Below are positions 9,599 to 18,977 of a stretch of DNA of 64,000 bases, piece by piece (within the stretch, counting starts at the first letter, position 1; every line of letters starts with the position of its first letter). The notes below the pieces were generated by a model that searched no databases, was not told where the DNA came from, and saw only the letters and a program-made list of their open reading frames with translations. Source of the stretch: Patescibacteria group bacterium (GTDB lineage: Bacteria; Patescibacteriota; Minisyncoccia; Phycocordibacterales; UBA9973); contig JBBTUY010000001.1 in the NCBI GenBank assembly GCA_038063515.1, positions 74,972 to 138,971 of the forward strand, in the 5' to 3' direction. The translations under genes and the position numbers were made by a program.

Positions 9599-10215
9599 TG
9601 CCGAACTTTTTTGATATAGCTTATATTATCGGTACCTATGGCTATGTAGGTATATTTATAATTGTTTTTTTAGAGTCAGGAATATTTTTTGCTTTACCTG
9701 GAGATAGCCTGCTTTTTAGTGCAGGGCTTTTTGCATCTTTATTTGGTCTAAATATAGTGTTTTTAATTGCTCTTATTTTCATAGCAACATTTCTCGGGGG
9801 AGTTGTGGGATATGAGATTGGCAGATATCTACTCACATTAGAACGTTTCCCCTTTATTAAAAAAATAATAAAAAAAGAACACATAGAAAAAGCCCACACA
9901 TTTTTCGATAAATACGGCTTATGGGCAATAGTACTTTCTCGTTTTATACCCATAGTTCGTACATTTATGCCGATAGCAGCAGGAGTTGCAAAGATGCATT
10001 ACTATACTTTTTTAAAGTATAGTTTGATCAGTTCTATTTTGTGGTCATCTAGTATGACACTTTTAGGATATTTCTTGGGACAAGTTTTTCCTGTGATAAA
10101 AAATTACGTATCACTTTTGACTGTACTTATAGTCCTTGTATCCATCTTGCCTATAGCTTTTGAGATGGCGAAAAAGAAAGGTGGGGATGGTCACCATGGT
10201 GGAGGGCACCATTAG
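9598..10215 (+). CDS. DedA/VTT family membrane protein with C-terminal His-rich tail
   Basis: LPGDSLLFSAGLFAS and FIPIVRTFMPIAAGVAKM motifs of DedA; tail KKKGGDGHHGGGHH. The annotated ATG overlaps the CCA of tRNA-Trp, so the exact start is uncertain. Confidence 0.75.
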   Translation: MPNFFDIAYIIGTYGYVGIFIIVFLESGIFFALPGDSLLFSAGLFASLFGLNIVFLIALIFIATFLGGVVGYEIGRYLLTLERFPFIKKIIKKEHIEKAHTFFDKYGLWAIVLSRFIPIVRTFMPIAAGVAKMHYYTFLKYSLISSILWSSSMTLLGYFLGQVFPVIKNYVSLLTVLIVLVSILPIAFEMAKKKGGDGHHGGGHH

Positions 10216-11087
10216 ATTTTATTTAAGATATACTTTTCGATCTTTTTATAGTTTTCTTTTTTATCTAAACTAAACCATTTAATTTCTTTATCACGTTTAA
10301 ACCAAGTCATCTGACGTTTAGCATACTGTATGCTTTCTAAAACAACTTTTTCTATTGTAGGATTATAATATTCAAAGCCTAATTCTTTTAGCCTTTTAGA
10401 ATTTACTCGAGATTTCTTAAGCTTCTTTATCTCGTTTAAAAGTCCTCCATGGTTTTTAGTATTAAACATTTCTTTTACTCTTTTTTCTATTTTCTTTTTT
10501 AAGATATCACTTGGTAAGTACAGACCAATTTTTATGAATGTGTACTGAGGCAAGACCTCAGTAATTTTAGGGACTTTGCCGAGTATTTTTGCTATCTCTA
10601 TTGCTCGTATGAGTCTCACTTTGTTTTTAGTATCGATATTTTCTGCGCGTACTTTGTCTAATTTTGTAAGTATTTTTAAAAGCTCTTCTAGGCTCTTTTT
10701 TTCTAAAATTTTCCTTAATTTTATATTAGGTGGAACTTCAGGGAATACTACACCTTTGGTTAAAGCATCAATGTAAAATCCCGTGCCACCACATATGATG
10801 GGGATGTTGCCTCTCTTTAGTATTTCTTGTATTTTGCTATCACCTAATCTTTTATATTCGGCAACAGTGAATTTATTTTTAGGTTTTACAACATCTAGTA
10901 AATGATGAGGGATACCTTTCATTTCTTTTTTTATTATTTTACCTGTACCTATGTCTAGCCCTGTATATACCTGTCTTGAATCAGCAGATATTATTTCACC
11001 TTTTACTTTTTTAGCAATTTTAACTGCTAAGCCACTTTTACCTGTGGCCGTCTGTCCGAGGATGACAATTATTTTAGCTTTAGACAT
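10212..11087 (-). CDS. miaA: tRNA dimethylallyltransferase
   Basis: P-loop IVILGQTATGKSGLAV and the SADSRQVYTGLDIGTGK motif. Confidence 0.9.
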   Translation of the reverse strand: MSKAKIIVILGQTATGKSGLAVKIAKKVKGEIISADSRQVYTGLDIGTGKIIKKEMKGIPHHLLDVVKPKNKFTVAEYKRLGDSKIQEILKRGNIPIICGGTGFYIDALTKGVVFPEVPPNIKLRKILEKKSLEELLKILTKLDKVRAENIDTKNKVRLIRAIEIAKILGKVPKITEVLPQYTFIKIGLYLPSDILKKKIEKRVKEMFNTKNHGGLLNEIKKLKKSRVNSKRLKELGFEYYNPTIEKVVLESIQYAKRQMTWFKRDKEIKWFSLDKKENYKKIEKYILNKI

Positions 11088-12430
11088 TATTTTTCTTTAA
11101 GAATTTTTATATCTGCACCAATAGAATTTAAGCGTTCTGCTATCTCTTCGTAGCCTCTGTTTATCATATACACGTTTCTAAGAATAGAGGTGCCTTTTGC
11201 CCCTAGCATTGATATAAGTATAACCATAGAAGGTCGTAGAGCTGGTGGACATACGACCTGTGCAGCTCGGAGAGGTGTGTCATTGCCTGTAATGTATAAA
11301 CGATGTGGGTCAGCTAATGTTATATTTGCACCTAGTCTATTTAGCTCAGTTAAATATATGGCTCTGTTTTCGTATACCCAGTCATGTATCATACTTGTAC
11401 CTTTAGCTTTTATGGCTATAGGTACAAAAAAGGGAAGATTGTCTATGTTTATTCCAGGGTAGGGACTTGAATGAATCTTGTCATTTAGTGCTTTTAATTT
11501 ACTTGGGAAAATTTCTATATCAGCGAGTTTCGTGCGACCGTTTTGTGAAAGATATTCTTTTGAGATTTTGAATTTCAAATTCATGTGTTTTAATTTCTCC
11601 ATTTCAAGAGCGAGGAAATCTATCGGAGTTCTTGTTATGTTGATATGAGAATCTGTTATGATTCCTGCCGAGATAAACATCATAGATTCTATAGGGTCTT
11701 CACTGTTAGAGTATTCTATGTTTTTATTAATTTCTCCGACACCATGTACGGTGAGTGTCGCTGTGCCGATGCCTTCTATTTTCACACCTAAAGCTTCTAA
11801 AAAGAAACATATTTCTTGCACCATGTAGTTTGCGCTTGCGAAAGATATTTTTGTGATACCAGGAATAAGAGCAGAGGCTGTCAGTACATTTTCACATGCA
11901 GTATCTCCTGATTCATACATAACAATATCTGAGATGTGTAGTTTCTTACTTTTTATTTCATAACTGTCTAAGGTTGTTTTTATTTTTACACCGAGTTTTT
12001 CTATTGCGTATATGTGTGCTGCTATTGTCCTTTTACCTAAATTGCACCCATATGCATGGGGAATAGAGAATGAAGATAATTTGTGTATGAGGGGACCAAT
12101 GAGCATTACCACTGAACGTGTTCTTATCGAAGATTCAACATTTATATTTTTTAAATTAAATTGTTTAGGTGGTGTGATAACTAGAGAGTTTTGATTTATC
12201 CATTTTATTTTTACACCAATGCTTTCTAAAATCTCAACTACACGGTACACCTCTTCTATGCGAGCTATGCCATGGAGGGTGGTAGTGCCACTGTTTAAAA
12301 GTGACGCACATAAAAGCCCCACTGATCCATTTTTAGAAAAGTTTGTTTTGATACTTCCGTGTAATTTTTTACCTCCGTGTACCACAAAGTCTATAGAAGC
12401 ATTTGGCGGTGTATTTGATTTTTTATTCAT
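11087..12430 (-). CDS. murA: UDP-N-acetylglucosamine 1-carboxyvinyltransferase
   Basis: FVVHGGKKLHGSIKTNFSKNGSVGLLCASLL... is the EPT fold of MurA. The track ORF extends to 12460 across tRNA-Leu; the likely start is MNKKSN at 12430. Confidence 0.85.
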   Translation of the reverse strand: MNKKSNTPPNASIDFVVHGGKKLHGSIKTNFSKNGSVGLLCASLLNSGTTTLHGIARIEEVYRVVEILESIGVKIKWINQNSLVITPPKQFNLKNINVESSIRTRSVVMLIGPLIHKLSSFSIPHAYGCNLGKRTIAAHIYAIEKLGVKIKTTLDSYEIKSKKLHISDIVMYESGDTACENVLTASALIPGITKISFASANYMVQEICFFLEALGVKIEGIGTATLTVHGVGEINKNIEYSNSEDPIESMMFISAGIITDSHINITRTPIDFLALEMEKLKHMNLKFKISKEYLSQNGRTKLADIEIFPSKLKALNDKIHSSPYPGINIDNLPFFVPIAIKAKGTSMIHDWVYENRAIYLTELNRLGANITLADPHRLYITGNDTPLRAAQVVCPPALRPSMVILISMLGAKGTSILRNVYMINRGYEEIAERLNSIGADIKILKEK

Positions 12431-12433
12431 CTG

Positions 12434-12515
12434 TGCCGGAGGAGAGAATCGAACTCTCACCCCTTACGAGACACGATTTTGAGTCGTGCGCGTCTACCAA
12501 TTCCGCCACTCCGGC
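12434..12515 (-). tRNA. tRNA-Leu (anticodon CAA), class II with long variable arm
   Basis: Reverse complement GCCGGAGTGGCGGAATTGGTAGACGCGCACGACTCAAAATCGTG...GAGAGTTCGATTCTCTCCTCCGGCA; anticodon loop CUCAAAA; no encoded CCA. Confidence 0.85.
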
Positions 12516-12589
12516 AATCCACACATTTTACACAAAAAACACTTTTAAATCAATTATTAGAAATATATTTTCTATGTTAATATAAAAAC

Positions 12590-13609
12590 ATGTCTAACAT
12601 ATATTCCAATTCAATTTTCTGGGTTGATACCGATAAAATCAAGCCAAACCCTTACCAGCCACGTCGAGAATTCGACGAATTGCGTCTTAAAGACTTGGCT
12701 GACTCTATCAGGCAATACGGAGTGCTCCAGCCTCTCACCGTATCTCGCGTAGAGCTAGAAAAGGAGGGTGGTGGGCTTTTAACTGAGTACGAGCTAATAG
12801 CCGGAGAGCGTAGGCTCCGTGCATCTATTCTAGCTGGTGTGTTGCAGGTACCTGTGATCATACGAACAGGTGATACGTCCATGATGAAGCTAGAGCTTGC
12901 AATCATAGAAAATCTTCAACGCGAAGATTTGAACGTCGTTGATCGTGCGAAAGCTTTTGCTCGACTTACAAGTGAATTTAAATTCACTCACAATGAAGTT
13001 GCAAAGAAAGTGGGACGTAGTAGGGAATATGTATCAAACTCATTACGTATTTTATCTCTACCAGAAGAGATCTTAGCTGGACTTGTTGAAAAGAAAATAA
13101 CAGAAGGGCATACAAGACCACTCCTTATGCTCGTAGATCATCCAGAAGAACAAATGGTCTTGTTTAAAGAAATCGTGTATAAGAAAATAAGCGTACGAGA
13201 AGCAGAAAAGCTAGCCCGAAAAATAGCATATGACAGGATTCGCAAGAAAGAGTTTATTCCAGATCCAGAAATAATAGAGCTTGAAGAAGAATTTCAAGAG
13301 AAGCTCGGTACTCGTGTGCACATAGACAGAAAGGAATTAGGAGGTCAAATAAAGATCGACTTTTTCTCTACGGAGGATTTGCGTGAAATCTTGCATTTAA
13401 TAAACAAAGTTGCTGTCGGAGACAAAGCTGGCTTAGAAAATCGTCCTCCTCAAGGAGAGATGCTTGAAAACTATATAATAAAAAATGAAAATAAAGATAC
13501 AGAAGGAGAGATTTTTCCTGAAGATCCAAATACTTTAGATGATAGAAGTAAAGATGAAGAGGAGAAAGATGATCAAGAGCTCTACAATATTTCTAATTTC
13601 AGTGTGTAA
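12590..13609 (+). CDS. parB: chromosome partitioning protein ParB with acidic C-terminal extension
   Basis: KPNPYQPRREF...LADSIRQYGVLQPLTV...GERRLRAS ParB box motifs and HTH; C-terminal D/E-rich tail. Confidence 0.85.
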   Translation: MSNIYSNSIFWVDTDKIKPNPYQPRREFDELRLKDLADSIRQYGVLQPLTVSRVELEKEGGGLLTEYELIAGERRLRASILAGVLQVPVIIRTGDTSMMKLELAIIENLQREDLNVVDRAKAFARLTSEFKFTHNEVAKKVGRSREYVSNSLRILSLPEEILAGLVEKKITEGHTRPLLMLVDHPEEQMVLFKEIVYKKISVREAEKLARKIAYDRIRKKEFIPDPEIIELEEEFQEKLGTRVHIDRKELGGQIKIDFFSTEDLREILHLINKVAVGDKAGLENRPPQGEMLENYIIKNENKDTEGEIFPEDPNTLDDRSKDEEEKDDQELYNISNFSV

Positions 13610-13614
13610 TTAAA

Positions 13615-15081
13615 CTATTTACCTATTGATTTCAATTTAGACAATAAAGTATTTTTTTCTAAGTAGGATTTAATGTGCTTTTTTGCTACTACCGTTTTTA
13701 CGTGTTCCAGCCATTTGTTTGATGGGTGGGCATCATTTTTCTTGATTATGTCTACTATATCTCTGTTTTTTAATTTAGTAAAAATTGGAGACATTTTACC
13801 ATTTATTCTAACTCCAGAAATGTGGTCTCCTACATCAGAGTGTATAGAGTATGCGAAGTCTATCGGTGTAGAGTCTTCTGGTAGATCTATCACGTCTCCT
13901 TTCGGGGTAAATATAAATATACGATCACTAAAAAAGTCCACTTTTAAATGCTCGAGAAAAGTTTTTGGATCCTCTGGGTTATAATTTAAATTTTTTAAAT
14001 CTTCTATCCATTTAAAATTATCATTATATTCAAATTTCTGACCCCTCTTTGCTTCTTTGTAGAAAAAGTGTGCCGCGATACCATACACAGCATCGTTGTG
14101 CATTTCTTCAGTTCTTATTTGTATTTCTGCTGTTCCTCCTGAGCCAGTGAAGATAGTAGTATGGATAGATCTGTATCCATTTGGTTTTGGTACAGCGACA
14201 TAGTCCTTTATTCTTCCTGGTAATGGTTTCCATATAGAATGTATGATGCCAAGTACTCTGTAGCAATCCTCGATATTTTTCACTATAACCCTCATAGCTA
14301 CTACGTCGTATACCTTGTCTATATCCATGTCTCGTTTCATCAGCTTTTTCCACAAGCTATACTTGTGTTTCATTCGGTAAGTTATTCTGGATATTTTTAT
14401 TTTATTTTTTGCTAATTCTTTTTCAATGCTTTCTTTTACTTCTTCTAAGTTTTTTTCATATAAATCCTTTTTTTCTTTTATTATCTCTTCCATTTCTGCA
14501 AATTCTACTGGGTGGATATATGGAAAAGCTGCATCTTCTATTTCACTTTTTAATTTTCCTATACCAAGACGGTTAGCAAGGGGAGCATATACATTTATGG
14601 ATTCCATGGCTATTCGTAGTCTCTTGTCTTCACGCACTGCGTCTAACGTTCTTAGATTGTGAAGTCTGTCTGCAAGCTTTATTATGACAACACGTATGTC
14701 ATCTGTCATAGCCATGAAAAACTTTCGGAGACTTTCCACGTGTCTCTGGTATCCTCTGTACCTTACTGTGCCAAGCTTTGTAACACCATTTATTAAAAAC
14801 AAAATTTCTTTACCAAATTCTTTTTCTATTTCTTTTTCTGTTATTTCTGTGTCTTCGAGTACGTCATGCAGGAAGCCAGCAGCTATCGTCTGGGGGTCCA
14901 TGCCGAGCTCTGCTAGGGTTTTTGCTGTTTCATATACATGAGTAAAATACGGGTCTCCACTCATCCTCTTCTGACCTCCATGTGCCTTTTCTGCAAATTT
15001 ATAAGCCTTATTTATAAGTTCTTGATCCTCCTTTCTCACTCCAGTTGCCATGAGATTTATTATTTCTTTTATATCAGGCAT
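13615..15081 (-). CDS. rel: short bifunctional (p)ppGpp synthetase/hydrolase (Rel/SpoT homolog lacking the TGS/ACT regulatory domains)
   Basis: HD hydrolase motif HDVLEDT followed by the RelA/SpoT synthetase domain; only 488 aa. Confidence 0.8.
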   Translation of the reverse strand: MPDIKEIINLMATGVRKEDQELINKAYKFAEKAHGGQKRMSGDPYFTHVYETAKTLAELGMDPQTIAAGFLHDVLEDTEITEKEIEKEFGKEILFLINGVTKLGTVRYRGYQRHVESLRKFFMAMTDDIRVVIIKLADRLHNLRTLDAVREDKRLRIAMESINVYAPLANRLGIGKLKSEIEDAAFPYIHPVEFAEMEEIIKEKKDLYEKNLEEVKESIEKELAKNKIKISRITYRMKHKYSLWKKLMKRDMDIDKVYDVVAMRVIVKNIEDCYRVLGIIHSIWKPLPGRIKDYVAVPKPNGYRSIHTTIFTGSGGTAEIQIRTEEMHNDAVYGIAAHFFYKEAKRGQKFEYNDNFKWIEDLKNLNYNPEDPKTFLEHLKVDFFSDRIFIFTPKGDVIDLPEDSTPIDFAYSIHSDVGDHISGVRINGKMSPIFTKLKNRDIVDIIKKNDAHPSNKWLEHVKTVVAKKHIKSYLEKNTLLSKLKSIGK

Positions 15082-15324
15082 ATAGATTGATATTATAACA
15101 TTTTTTAATGTAGATAAAAATTGTATAAGTTCACAAGTATACGAAACTTTTAATTAGGTTTTTATATATACAGACTACTAAAATATTTGACTTCTTTTTG
15201 TTGAAATGATTAAATAGAGATATGGAATATAGTATAAAAAATATGATGGTAATGACGATGAAAAACCTTAATGATCGGGGTTGCTTGTTGCGTTACATAT
15301 ACTAACTTTTTTAAAAAATGAAAC

Positions 15325-15358
15325 ACAAAAAACAGCCTCGAAGAAGGCTGTTTTTTTA
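15325..15358 (+). terminator. intrinsic terminator-like hairpin (A-tract, stem, T-tract; potentially bidirectional) immediately upstream of the 15371 gene
   Basis: aacagcct-cgaaga-aggctgtt flanked by aaaaa and ttttttt. Confidence 0.5.
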
Positions 15359-15370
15359 TTATGAAATAAA

Positions 15371-15964
15371 ATGTATAAATTTAATAATTTAAAAAATAAA
15401 TACATAGTTTGGCGTCACGGAGAAAGTGAAGCTAATAAACAGCAAATTATTGTGAGCGGATTAGAAAATGGTATTTATAATTATGGTCTTACTGAATTTG
15501 GTAAACAACAGGTTTCGTTAAATGCACATAAAGTAAAACTCCACACTTCTTCTGTTATTGTTTATAGTTCACCTTTTAAACGTTGTAGAGAAACTTCCAG
15601 TATTATTGCTCATGAGTTTAAAATTCCACATACAATACACATAGATTATGATTTACGGGAACGTTATTTTGGCAACTTAGATGGTTTGCATGAGATGTAT
15701 TACAAATTAGTTTACGAATCTGACATATATACTAATTTGAAAATTTCATATGGTAATGAAAGTGTTTTGTCTGTACAGGATAGATTAATTTCTTTAATAT
15801 GTAGAATTGAAAATATTTATTCAAATAAGACTATTATTCTTGTAACCCATGCTGATGTTGGGGAGATTTTACAAGCAACTTTTGAAGGACTCTCTCCTTA
15901 TCTACACAGAGATCTACCCAAGCTACGTAATGCTGAAGCTCGAATTTTACTATTAAAGTATTAA
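15371..15964 (+). CDS. histidine phosphatase superfamily (phosphoglycerate mutase-like) protein
   Basis: RHGES catalytic motif (WRHGESEAN) near the N-terminus; the C-terminal HADVGE resembles the second catalytic His region. Confidence 0.65.
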   Translation: MYKFNNLKNKYIVWRHGESEANKQQIIVSGLENGIYNYGLTEFGKQQVSLNAHKVKLHTSSVIVYSSPFKRCRETSSIIAHEFKIPHTIHIDYDLRERYFGNLDGLHEMYYKLVYESDIYTNLKISYGNESVLSVQDRLISLICRIENIYSNKTIILVTHADVGEILQATFEGLSPYLHRDLPKLRNAEARILLLKY

Positions 15965-15972
15965 ATATTTTT

Positions 15973-16689
15973 ATGTTACTAACTAATACAGATCCACAAA
16001 ATAACTTATTCACCAGATTAAACAATATAATTAAAATAAACAAACTAAAGTCTTTATTTATTCATGAAAAAAAGGCATCAAAATTATTTAAAATTAAATG
16101 TGTAATATTTTTCGGTTCGTCCGCAAGCGGTAAATCAACTCTAGAAAAAATATTGAGAGAGGTATCCACTGATGATACCTTTTTTCAAACAAAAATAAGT
16201 GTGCCATTTAGAGTAGTTACGCGTAACCCAAGGCAAGATGATGAAAACATAGTATACGCCACAAAAAATAAATTCGATGAGCTTATTACTAAGGATTCTT
16301 TAGCAATGTATGGAGTTAAAAATATGGAGTCTGGACGCATAGAGCGTTATGGATTATTAAAACCATTAATCAACACCCTGCCTATTTATTTTGCCAACAA
16401 TGCTATAATTAAAAATCCGCACAGTATATATCCTACTAATTTCTTAGATGATGCTTTGTTGATATTTCTTTATGCACCTGATTTTGTGCGTGAAAATCGT
16501 TTACGAATTAGATCTCCAGAGTTATTTGAAAAAAATCCAGATGAAGCAAATTTTCGTTTATCACAAGAAGAGAGTTCAGATAATTTTATTTCTGACGCAC
16601 ATGTCATAGTAAATAATTATGGTGTATACGAACAACAAGTTAAGTTGGATATAGTTTATTTTCTTAAAAGTTTGGTAAAGATAATTTAA
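15973..16689 (+). CDS. guanylate kinase-like P-loop kinase with about 45-aa N-terminal extension
   Basis: P-loop FFGSSASGKSTL. TRNPR...YATKNKFDELI...ERYGL and LYAPDF...RLRIRSPELFE follow the Gmk TTRxxR / NxYG / lid pattern. Confidence 0.5.
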   Translation: MLLTNTDPQNNLFTRLNNIIKINKLKSLFIHEKKASKLFKIKCVIFFGSSASGKSTLEKILREVSTDDTFFQTKISVPFRVVTRNPRQDDENIVYATKNKFDELITKDSLAMYGVKNMESGRIERYGLLKPLINTLPIYFANNAIIKNPHSIYPTNFLDDALLIFLYAPDFVRENRLRIRSPELFEKNPDEANFRLSQEESSDNFISDAHVIVNNYGVYEQQVKLDIVYFLKSLVKII

Positions 16690-16724
16690 AATTAATAAAT
16701 AGAGATTACTCCCATTTTTTGATT

Positions 16725-18938
16725 TTATTCTATTTTTGGTATTTTGTGAGGGTTGTGCATCACGCATGCTTTATTAGAACATCTCTCAGGTATTGTTTTT
16801 GTTCCTTCCATCATGAGGCTACTGCATTCTTTACATATGTTTCCTGTAGGTTTGGCTTTGATAGCAAACTTACAATCAGGATAGTTTGAACAAGAATAAA
16901 ATATACCAAATCTTCCACGTCGTTCTGTAATATCTCCAACTTTACACGTAGGACACATGACGCCTGTTCTTTTCTTTGCTTCTTCTGCCTCATCTTTTTT
17001 TATAAATTTACATTTTGGGTACCTAGAGCAAGATATAAAAGTCCCTGTACCATCACGTCTTTCTTTTATTACTAGCTTACCTCCACCTGATTTACCCTTT
17101 TTCTCTCCACAGTCTGGACATAGCTCTCCAGTTTCTTCTGGTCCTTTTAATTCTGTACCATCTAACATAAGCGCACCTTCACAGTCAGGGTATTTGGAGC
17201 ATGAATAAAACTTGCCTCCACGAGAAAGTTTTATTATCATACTACTTCCACATTTAGGACATTTTATATTTTCCGGCGCATCACCTAAGTTTGTAGCTTT
17301 TTCTAATTTCTCTTTCAACTTAACTTCTTTTATAAATGGTCCATAAAAATCTTTTAAAGTTTTCTCATATTCAGTTTCACCTCGAGAAATCTCGTCTAAC
17401 TTATCTTCCATACTTGCGGTAAACGTATCAGATATGTAGTTTGCAAAATGAAGCTCTAAGAAGTCTGATACAACTTCGCCTGTATCAGTAGGGAAGAGAG
17501 TTTTACCTTCTTTTCGTACGTAACCCCTGTCTTCTATGGTACGCATTATAGAGGCGTATGTAGATGGTCGTCCTATGCCACGAGATTCTAATTCTTTGAT
17601 GAGTCCTGCCTCACTGTATCTACCTGGAGGTTCTGTAAACTTTTCTTCACTTGTAAGTTCTAATAATTTTAATTTTTCTCCTATTTTACAAAGTGGGAGT
17701 TCTACATCTTCACCTCGAGCACCTTCATCTACGGCAAGCCATCCTGGAAATAATAAACGTGAACCAACTGCACCAAAAGACGGAAGATCTTCATGATTTT
17801 TTATTATAGTTTCGATTTTTGTTTTTAATAATTTCGCATCAGACATTTGAGAGGAGACAGTGCGCTCCCAGATAAGTCTGTATAATTTTTGTTCTTCTTC
17901 GCGTCCTGCAAATTCATTTTCTATATGTGTTGGGCGTATTGCTTCGTGTGCTTCTTGAGCATTTTTGGATTTTGTTTTATAGATTCTATTTTGTACATAT
18001 TCTTTTCCATATTTTTTATTAACAAAAGATGAGATTTGATCTTGTGCTGTACTAGAGAGAGTCGTGCTATCTGTTCTCATGTAGGTTATGTGTCCAGCTT
18101 CATATAGTTTCTGTGCTATTTGCATTGTGCGAGAAGGGGAATATCCTAATCTTGAGCTTGCTGTTTGTTGAAGGGTGGAAGTAGTAAAAGGAGCCCGAGG
18201 TGAACGTTTCTGTTCGGATTCTTTTACTCCTTTTACGAGCCAGTTATCTTCTTTTCCATATTTTAAAATTTTATCAACCAACTTTTCATCTCTTGGCTCT
18301 TCACTACATTCGAGTCGAAGACTTTCCTTTTTTATAGTTTCAAATAAGCCAAAAATTCGCCAAAATTTTTCAGGAACAAATGCACGTATTTCACGCTCAC
18401 GCTCCATGATGATACGAAGGGCAGGAGACTGTACTCTTCCTGCAGAGAGTCCATAGCGAACCTTTTTCCAAATTAGTCCTGACAAGTCATATCCTACTAA
18501 TCTGTCTAGTACTCTTCGAGCCTCCTGAGCTTTTCGTAAATCCGTATCTATTTTTCGAGGATGCTTCAATGCTTCTTCTACGGCTTCTTTTGTAATTTCA
18601 TGAAAAGTTACACGACTGATGGGGGCTTTTATTTTCTTATCTTTTTGGAGTAGCGTTTCTATGTGCCAAGCAATTGCTTCTCCTTCTCGGTCGGGGTCCG
18701 TAGCAAGCAATATTTCTTTGGCTTTCTCTCCGAGACTTTGGAGCTCGTGTACAACTTTTTCTTTTCCTTTTGATATCTCGTAATGTGGAATAAACCCACC
18801 TTCTATATCTATGGCTTTCTTGTTTGATTTTGGTAAATCACGAATGTGTCCTATGGATGCACGGACAGTAAAAGCGCCTTCAAGATATTTCTCAATAGTC
18901 TTTGCTTTTGACGGTGACTCAACGATTAAAAGTTTCAT
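16725..18938 (-). CDS. topA: DNA topoisomerase I
   Basis: Toprim N-terminus MKLLIVESPSKAKTIEKYL, active-site Tyr region, and multiple C-terminal C4 zinc ribbons. Confidence 0.9.
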   Translation of the reverse strand: MKLLIVESPSKAKTIEKYLEGAFTVRASIGHIRDLPKSNKKAIDIEGGFIPHYEISKGKEKVVHELQSLGEKAKEILLATDPDREGEAIAWHIETLLQKDKKIKAPISRVTFHEITKEAVEEALKHPRKIDTDLRKAQEARRVLDRLVGYDLSGLIWKKVRYGLSAGRVQSPALRIIMEREREIRAFVPEKFWRIFGLFETIKKESLRLECSEEPRDEKLVDKILKYGKEDNWLVKGVKESEQKRSPRAPFTTSTLQQTASSRLGYSPSRTMQIAQKLYEAGHITYMRTDSTTLSSTAQDQISSFVNKKYGKEYVQNRIYKTKSKNAQEAHEAIRPTHIENEFAGREEEQKLYRLIWERTVSSQMSDAKLLKTKIETIIKNHEDLPSFGAVGSRLLFPGWLAVDEGARGEDVELPLCKIGEKLKLLELTSEEKFTEPPGRYSEAGLIKELESRGIGRPSTYASIMRTIEDRGYVRKEGKTLFPTDTGEVVSDFLELHFANYISDTFTASMEDKLDEISRGETEYEKTLKDFYGPFIKEVKLKEKLEKATNLGDAPENIKCPKCGSSMIIKLSRGGKFYSCSKYPDCEGALMLDGTELKGPEETGELCPDCGEKKGKSGGGKLVIKERRDGTGTFISCSRYPKCKFIKKDEAEEAKKRTGVMCPTCKVGDITERRGRFGIFYSCSNYPDCKFAIKAKPTGNICKECSSLMMEGTKTIPERCSNKACVMHNPHKIPKIE

Positions 18939-18977
18939 TACACTAGAGTATTACATGAAAGAAAACTCTTTTGCAAA

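Noticed and set aside
12461-12589. Canonical parS (tGTTtCACGTGAAACa) near parB
   Set aside because: No match to the 16-bp consensus was found by eye in the parB upstream region or elsewhere in the scanned intergenic regions; the lineage may use a divergent site. Not reportable without a search.
15371-16689. Interpreting the phosphatase/kinase pair as a toxin-antitoxin or defence system
   Set aside because: Both proteins match ordinary metabolic families (His_Phos; guanylate-kinase-like). There is no small partner ORF, no nuclease or HEPN/NTase signatures. Kept only as a compositionally atypical cassette.
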